NCBI GenBank assembly: GCA_964531275.1
Contig: CAZHDZ010000003.1
Span: 33,208-97,207 of the forward strand
Reading direction: 5' to 3'
Source of the DNA: an uncultured Gammaproteobacteria bacterium
GTDB lineage: Bacteria; Patescibacteriota; Microgenomatia; Levybacterales; GWA1-39-11
DNA: 64,000 nucleotides
Positions 59,409 to 64,000 of this stretch are shown piece by piece. Position 1 is the first letter of the stretch; each line of letters begins with the position of its first letter. Below the pieces are notes generated by a model. It was not told the origin of the DNA. It did not search any database and saw only the letters and a program-made list of their open reading frames with translations. The position numbers and the translations under genes were made by a program.

Positions 59409-59750
59409 TTATTTACTTGCTTTTGCAGCCTTTGCTTTAAGAATCTTTTTTGACACTTTTACAGTCTTTTTAGTAGCTTTCTTTCTGGTCTTTTTCTTCT
59501 TAATCTCAATATTTTCAAGCTTTACAATCGAAGGAGAATTAACAGCAAAGAGTCTGTCGACGTCAACTCCATCAATAAATTGTCTTACGGTAACCATTTT
59601 ATTTTCTAGAGATCCTCTAGATTTCACGATTTTACCTTGGAAAGCTACAATTCTTTCTTTTTTTCCTTCAACAATTTTTTGAAATACTTTAACAGCATTT
59701 CCGGTTCGTAGATCTAGTTCTACTGGTGTTTGGTCGGCTTGCTTTTCCAT
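59409..59750 (-). CDS. rplS: Ribosomal protein bL19-like with Lys/Ala-rich tail
   Basis: G..VKV..KIVEG.KERI..F.G, TVR...GV.V.R.F..NSP.I; lacks the RRAKLYYLR motif. Confidence 0.8.
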   Translation of the reverse strand: MEKQADQTPVELDLRTGNAVKVFQKIVEGKKERIVAFQGKIVKSRGSLENKMVTVRQFIDGVDVDRLFAVNSPSIVKLENIEIKKKKTRKKATKKTVKVSKKILKAKAAKASK

Positions 59751-59814
59751 AGAGTCATATTATACAGCAATTGGTGTGCCTATTTCAACTCAAATACGCT
59801 CAACATTATTATTG

Positions 59815-61119
59815 CTATTCTTCGATGTCATCCTCAGGGTCGTATGGCTGATCATTCACAGGCTTTATGAGGAAATCTTTCATGTCACGGTGACCTACAA
59901 TGACGGGATATTTGAGGTTAGATCTGTCTACAATTGAAGCTACAGTATTGATTTTCTTGCCTCCAAGCACAAATGACGCCTTAACTGTTGGTCGAAAACT
60001 CTCACCGCTTGCTGATTTTACGAAAACCTTTTCCTCAAGAGATTTTAGTCCCAAAAGTTCGGCAAATTTTTTATCAACAGATGTTCTAAAGGCTCCTGTA
60101 TCAAGTTTTGCCTTAACGGTAATTGGCTCGCCATTTCTGTAAAATGTCACTTCTTGAATGATTGTTAATATTCTTGGAGTTATACTTACCTTTTCTGAGA
60201 ACGACTCAGTAAATAAGTTCTTTGCAATCTCAACACCTCTTTCAAATGTAGGTGTATTCATGTTTTCAACCCGCTCTAGTCTCGATCTGAGGGATGCTTT
60301 ATTGGCATTCTGAATAGAAAGGCCAGGACGCGCATTTACCTCAAGCACCATTGGTCCCTCATGACCATCAAAGACTACGTCAATTCCTGCGTATCCTAGT
60401 CCGGTAGTTTCTTGGGTTTTTGAGGACAGAAGTAGAACCTCATCCCAATGAGGAATCTTTATTCCACGTGTTTTTATCTTAGTATTTGGAATTACATTTA
60501 CCTCTTGGTCGTATAGGATGGCATGGGTTGTGATTCCTGTTCTGATATCAATGCCAAATCCAATAGCTCCCTGATGTAGGTTTGCTTTCCCGTGAGACTC
60601 TTGAGTTGACAGTCTCATCATCGCCATAACCGGGATACGATTAAAAACAATAACTCGAATGTCAGGAATACCATAGCCAGTCAATTTTTTAAAGAAAGGG
60701 TGGGGGTGAAGCCTTTCTTCTATGAAAGCGTTATCGGGAAGAAATTTTAATGAATACGCGCCTTCAAGAATATCGAGGATATGGGATTCCAGCTGTTTTA
60801 TGGTATACGTTTGACCATCGGCAGTTGTTGCAATATTATCTTCCCATTTTCTGATGGGAAGTATTCCAGATCCCGCATATCCGCGAGCGGGCTTTATGAC
60901 AAATCCCCGGGCAGGAAGATTTGACCAGTCATAGCTTGTGATGGAATCACGATCATAAAAGATATTGAACATGTTGGGGGATTTAATGCCATTTTGAATA
61001 AGGACACTTTTCATCAATAACTTATCATCCGCAATTTTTTTCGCCTCTGCGGAGTTATATTTACGGATATATAGGAAATTGCGGGCATTCATGCCCAAGA
61101 TGTCTCTACTTACTGGCAT
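59815..61119 (-). CDS. Alpha-L-glutamate ligase-like ATP-grasp protein fused to a RimK-associated aspartic (retropepsin-like) protease domain
   Basis: LGMNARN, DDKL, FVIKPARG..G.GI, G.PDIRVIV, ANLHQGA.G.G, LEVNARPGL.IQ.AN; C-terminal KLDTGA..TS.D...DRS.L.YPVI.G. Confidence 0.88.
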   Translation of the reverse strand: MPVSRDILGMNARNFLYIRKYNSAEAKKIADDKLLMKSVLIQNGIKSPNMFNIFYDRDSITSYDWSNLPARGFVIKPARGYAGSGILPIRKWEDNIATTADGQTYTIKQLESHILDILEGAYSLKFLPDNAFIEERLHPHPFFKKLTGYGIPDIRVIVFNRIPVMAMMRLSTQESHGKANLHQGAIGFGIDIRTGITTHAILYDQEVNVIPNTKIKTRGIKIPHWDEVLLLSSKTQETTGLGYAGIDVVFDGHEGPMVLEVNARPGLSIQNANKASLRSRLERVENMNTPTFERGVEIAKNLFTESFSEKVSITPRILTIIQEVTFYRNGEPITVKAKLDTGAFRTSVDKKFAELLGLKSLEEKVFVKSASGESFRPTVKASFVLGGKKINTVASIVDRSNLKYPVIVGHRDMKDFLIKPVNDQPYDPEDDIEE

Positions 61120-62023
61120 GGCGCATTATTGAGGAAAACCTAAAATATTCCATTAGTCTAAGTCCGAAATACCTACCAATGATTATATTAAGAGGGATTA
61201 ATAATAGAGTGAATTCCGGGTAGAGCAGGATTGTATTTCTTAAGTAGATTGATGACAAGAGAAGGAATCCAAGTATTCCGATAGCAAAGGTCACCATTGA
61301 AATAATTATCATTTCTTGGGCACTTCTTTCTTGCTGTACCGAAATAATTTGCTCAGACAAAAGGATGAGAAGAAGAACAGGAAAAATAGATAGCTGTTTT
61401 ACAACCAAAATTCCTCCCATAGCACTGACTGTTAGAACTAAGAAAAGGAAAAAAGACACGATGAACATTGAAAATGCCATCTTAGGAAGCTGCATGATAC
61501 GTAATTTTTTAAGTAATATTCTTGCGACTGTTGAGCCAAAAATGATTGTGGCAAGCAGAATTAGTCCTGCCGTAATACCGGTAGAAAGAAGAGTTATAGA
61601 AAGCGCAACAGGTACAAGCATTCCAATACTTGGAAGGCCAACTACATGTCTGATGAACGCTATTATCGTAGCGAGCATAGGGAGTAATAGAATAAGTATT
61701 ATTGTTCTTGAAGGGACACCTGATTTTACGGATGCCTGAACCAAGAAAGCCATTATGTTTGTGACTGATAGCTGATCTGCAGGACGTTGCTTAAATAGTA
61801 GGAGAGCCTGATCGTCCTCAGGTCCTTCAGGTCGCGTGACGTCTTCTTGCTTTATTTTGGCAATCGCCTCAGCTTCTCTAGCTGATTCGGATGCGGTGGC
61901 AGAGTCGGTTGCAACAGGCTCTAATGAGTCTGGAATCGTATTAAAAAAATCCTGAGCATGTGCTCTTGAAGGTATAGCAAAAAATGTGAAACAAAGAAGG
62001 AAGGCAAGGAGAAGGTGTTTCAT
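61106..62023 (-). CDS. 7TM_transglut-like membrane protein with signal peptide
   Basis: LLLLP..ATII...R..VG....G...P, FP..L...E, L..PE, IGRY.GLRL.EY.RF; overlaps the ATP-grasp gene. Confidence 0.8.
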   Translation of the reverse strand: MKHLLLAFLLCFTFFAIPSRAHAQDFFNTIPDSLEPVATDSATASESAREAEAIAKIKQEDVTRPEGPEDDQALLLFKQRPADQLSVTNIMAFLVQASVKSGVPSRTIILILLLPMLATIIAFIRHVVGLPSIGMLVPVALSITLLSTGITAGLILLATIIFGSTVARILLKKLRIMQLPKMAFSMFIVSFFLFLVLTVSAMGGILVVKQLSIFPVLLLILLSEQIISVQQERSAQEMIIISMVTFAIGILGFLLLSSIYLRNTILLYPEFTLLLIPLNIIIGRYFGLRLMEYFRFSSIMRHASK

Positions 62024-62059
62024 ATGTCTATGGTATCAAATTGACCTGATTGCTTCAAC

Positions 62060-63895
62060 TTAACCTTTTCGTGAGTTAATCTTTCTTTCAGTTGCAGATA
62101 GCCATTTCTTTCTCATGCGAATATTTTGAGGGGTAACCTCCAGCAATTCGTCGCTATTTATAAAATCCAAAGCCTGTTCTAGGCTCATTTCCGTAGGAGT
62201 ATCGATCTGAACAGACATATCAGACGTTGAAGATCTAATATTTGTCATTTTTTTGCCTTTTGTAACGTTGATTTCCATATCCTGTTCTCTCGTTGATATT
62301 CCAATAAGCATACCCTCATATACAGGAGTATTAGGTCTTATGAATAACGTTCCACGCTCTTGAGCATTTTCGAGCCCATATGAAAGAGCTGTTCCTGAAT
62401 CAAATGATATGAGTACTCCTGGACGAGCCTCTTCTATTGCTGATTCTTCTTTTGGAAAATATCCTAAAAAGAATGTATTGAGCTCTACAGTCCCACGAGT
62501 TTTTGTAAGCAGGATATTTCGTACACCAAGAAGGTTCTTGCTTGACACTTTGTAGACAAATCTTGTTATTTCTCCTGGTTCTTGCGTCATATTGATCATG
62601 TTTGCCTTTCTTTTTGCAAACTCTTCAGTGATTGCACCTATGTAGTCAGCTGCTACATCAATAGTCACTTCTTCAAAAGGCTCACATACCTTCCCATCAA
62701 TAGTTTTGTAAATAACTTGAGGTTTTGAAATTTCCATTTCAAATCCTTCGCGTCTCATGTTCTCAATAAGAACAGCTAAATGAAGTTCTCCACGACCTGA
62801 CACTGCAAAATTCGACGTAGCTTCGTCTGGTTCTATTTTCAGACCAAGATTTGTCTCCTTTTCCTTCATGAGCCTATCCTTGATCTGTGATGAGGAGAAT
62901 AATTTACCTTCTTTTCCAAGGAAAGGGCTAGTGTTTGGACCAATGGTAATTCTGATAGTTGGATCATCAACATGAATTTTAGGAAGACTCTTAGGAGAGG
63001 ACGGATCAGTAACAGTTTGGCCAATGGTTAGATTTGGAATTCCTGCTATAGCAACAATATCCCCGGCATAAACAGCCTCAACCTCAACTCTATCAAGTCC
63101 TATGCTTGTAAATAATTTCTGAACCCTGCTTGTCCCGATAACCTTATCTTCATCAACTAATGAGACCATATCTCCTTTTTTGAGTTGTCCCTTCGTTACC
63201 TTACCGATACAAATTTTCCCTACATGTGGATCTGAATCGAGAGTTGAGATAAGCATTTGAAATGGTTGATCTTCATTTTTGACGCTATTGGGAATTTCGC
63301 TTACGATTGCTTCAAAAAGAGGGGAAAGATCTCCGGGCATTTCACTCGTGTAGTTAGTGGGCAAAGTGTCAAAAGCTTTTCCGTCACGTCCTACTGCAAA
63401 AAGAGTTTTGAAGTTAAGATGGTCATCGTGAGTTGCAAGATCCAAGAAAAGTCCTTCAACTTCTTGAATAATCTCATTTGGTCGTGCATCTTTCTTGTCG
63501 ATCTTATTGATAAGAAGAATTATCTTAAGGTGTTGCTCGAGGGCTTTTTTAAGTACAAATTTTGTTTGAGGAAGTGGACCTTCAACAGCATCAACAAGAA
63601 GGATAGCACCATCCGCCATATTAAGGATGCGCTCAACTTCTCCTCCAAAGTCAGCATGGCCTGGTGTATCGATGATATTGATCTTTACATCTTTGTACTT
63701 AACTGAATTGTTCTTTGAAAGAATTGTAATACCCTTTTCTTTTTCTAGATCGTTAGAATCCATGATAAGGGTCTCAGTCATTTCCTTTTGGTTGTCTCGG
63801 AAAGTGTGAGTTTGCTTAAGCAAAGAGTCCACAAGAGTGGTCTTGCCGTGGTCAACGTGAGCGATTATTGCGATATTTCTAATTTGTTGGTCCAT
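62060..63895 (-). CDS. typA: Translational GTPase TypA/BipA
   Basis: IRNIAIIAHVDHGKTTLVD, DTPGHADFGGEVER, GRGELHL..LIE.MRREG.E, EVTP..IR.RK. Confidence 0.98.
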   Translation of the reverse strand: MDQQIRNIAIIAHVDHGKTTLVDSLLKQTHTFRDNQKEMTETLIMDSNDLEKEKGITILSKNNSVKYKDVKINIIDTPGHADFGGEVERILNMADGAILLVDAVEGPLPQTKFVLKKALEQHLKIILLINKIDKKDARPNEIIQEVEGLFLDLATHDDHLNFKTLFAVGRDGKAFDTLPTNYTSEMPGDLSPLFEAIVSEIPNSVKNEDQPFQMLISTLDSDPHVGKICIGKVTKGQLKKGDMVSLVDEDKVIGTSRVQKLFTSIGLDRVEVEAVYAGDIVAIAGIPNLTIGQTVTDPSSPKSLPKIHVDDPTIRITIGPNTSPFLGKEGKLFSSSQIKDRLMKEKETNLGLKIEPDEATSNFAVSGRGELHLAVLIENMRREGFEMEISKPQVIYKTIDGKVCEPFEEVTIDVAADYIGAITEEFAKRKANMINMTQEPGEITRFVYKVSSKNLLGVRNILLTKTRGTVELNTFFLGYFPKEESAIEEARPGVLISFDSGTALSYGLENAQERGTLFIRPNTPVYEGMLIGISTREQDMEINVTKGKKMTNIRSSTSDMSVQIDTPTEMSLEQALDFINSDELLEVTPQNIRMRKKWLSATERKINSRKG

Positions 63896-63900
63896 TAATC

Positions 63901-63946
63901 AAAAAAAGACACGACCTTGCCGTGTCCTGTAGTTTGTATTATAGCA
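63901..63946 (-). promoter_or_regulatory. typA leader: extended -10 followed by a terminator-like hairpin and U7
   Basis: Minus strand: TGCTATAAT...GACACGGC-AAG-GTCGTGTC-TTTTTTT-GATTA-ATG. Confidence 0.55.
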
Positions 63947-64000
63947 AAAAAAACGTATAATTTACAGCATGAAGACAATAAAGCGAATTCCTATAACAAA

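Noticed and set aside
59389-59682. Hydrophobic 97-aa ORF antisense to rplS, and the many other short antisense ORFs in the track
   Set aside because: They are shadows of well-supported genes on the opposite strand (AAA Lys codons read as TTT Phe) and have no motifs of their own.

Overview
A 64-kb, low-GC, gene-dense chromosomal window. Gene content and style suggest a Patescibacteria/CPR organism, probably Microgenomates-like (inference; code 11). In order it holds: the 3' end of parB; lepB; a ~32-kb cell-surface glycan locus with frequent strand switches (GT2, GT4 and GT-C transferases, Wzx, O-antigen ligase-like protein, nucleotide-sugar enzymes, methyl- and formyltransferases); a complete F1Fo operon; dnaE; a GGDEF gene; gatCAB; a TrpR-like gene; murT/gatD; htpX/lemA; polX; tRNA-Asp; a LysM gene; tRNA-Gly; pyrG; an odd rplS; an ATP-grasp/aspartic-protease plus 7TM module; and typA. 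The most striking unexplained signal is non-coding. Three intergenic tandem arrays (444-562, 18050-18273, 54881-55056) are built from the same core, TTAGC-GNA-GCCAA. This core is an imperfect hairpin: its loop variants keep the GC-GNA-GC mini-hairpin, its A.C/G.T mismatch is conserved, and its outer stem co-varies between arrays. It looks like a REP-like ssDNA or RNA hairpin family with no recognisable mobiliser in the window. Other notable signals are structured ~107-nt tRNA leaders carrying GCTTCGC hairpins, a CIRCE-like site beside lepB, paired operator-like palindromes around the TrpR-like gene, many apparently leaderless genes, a His-rich insertion in AtpB, and a terminator-like hairpin in the typA leader. 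All calls come from reading the sequence by eye; no database searches were run.
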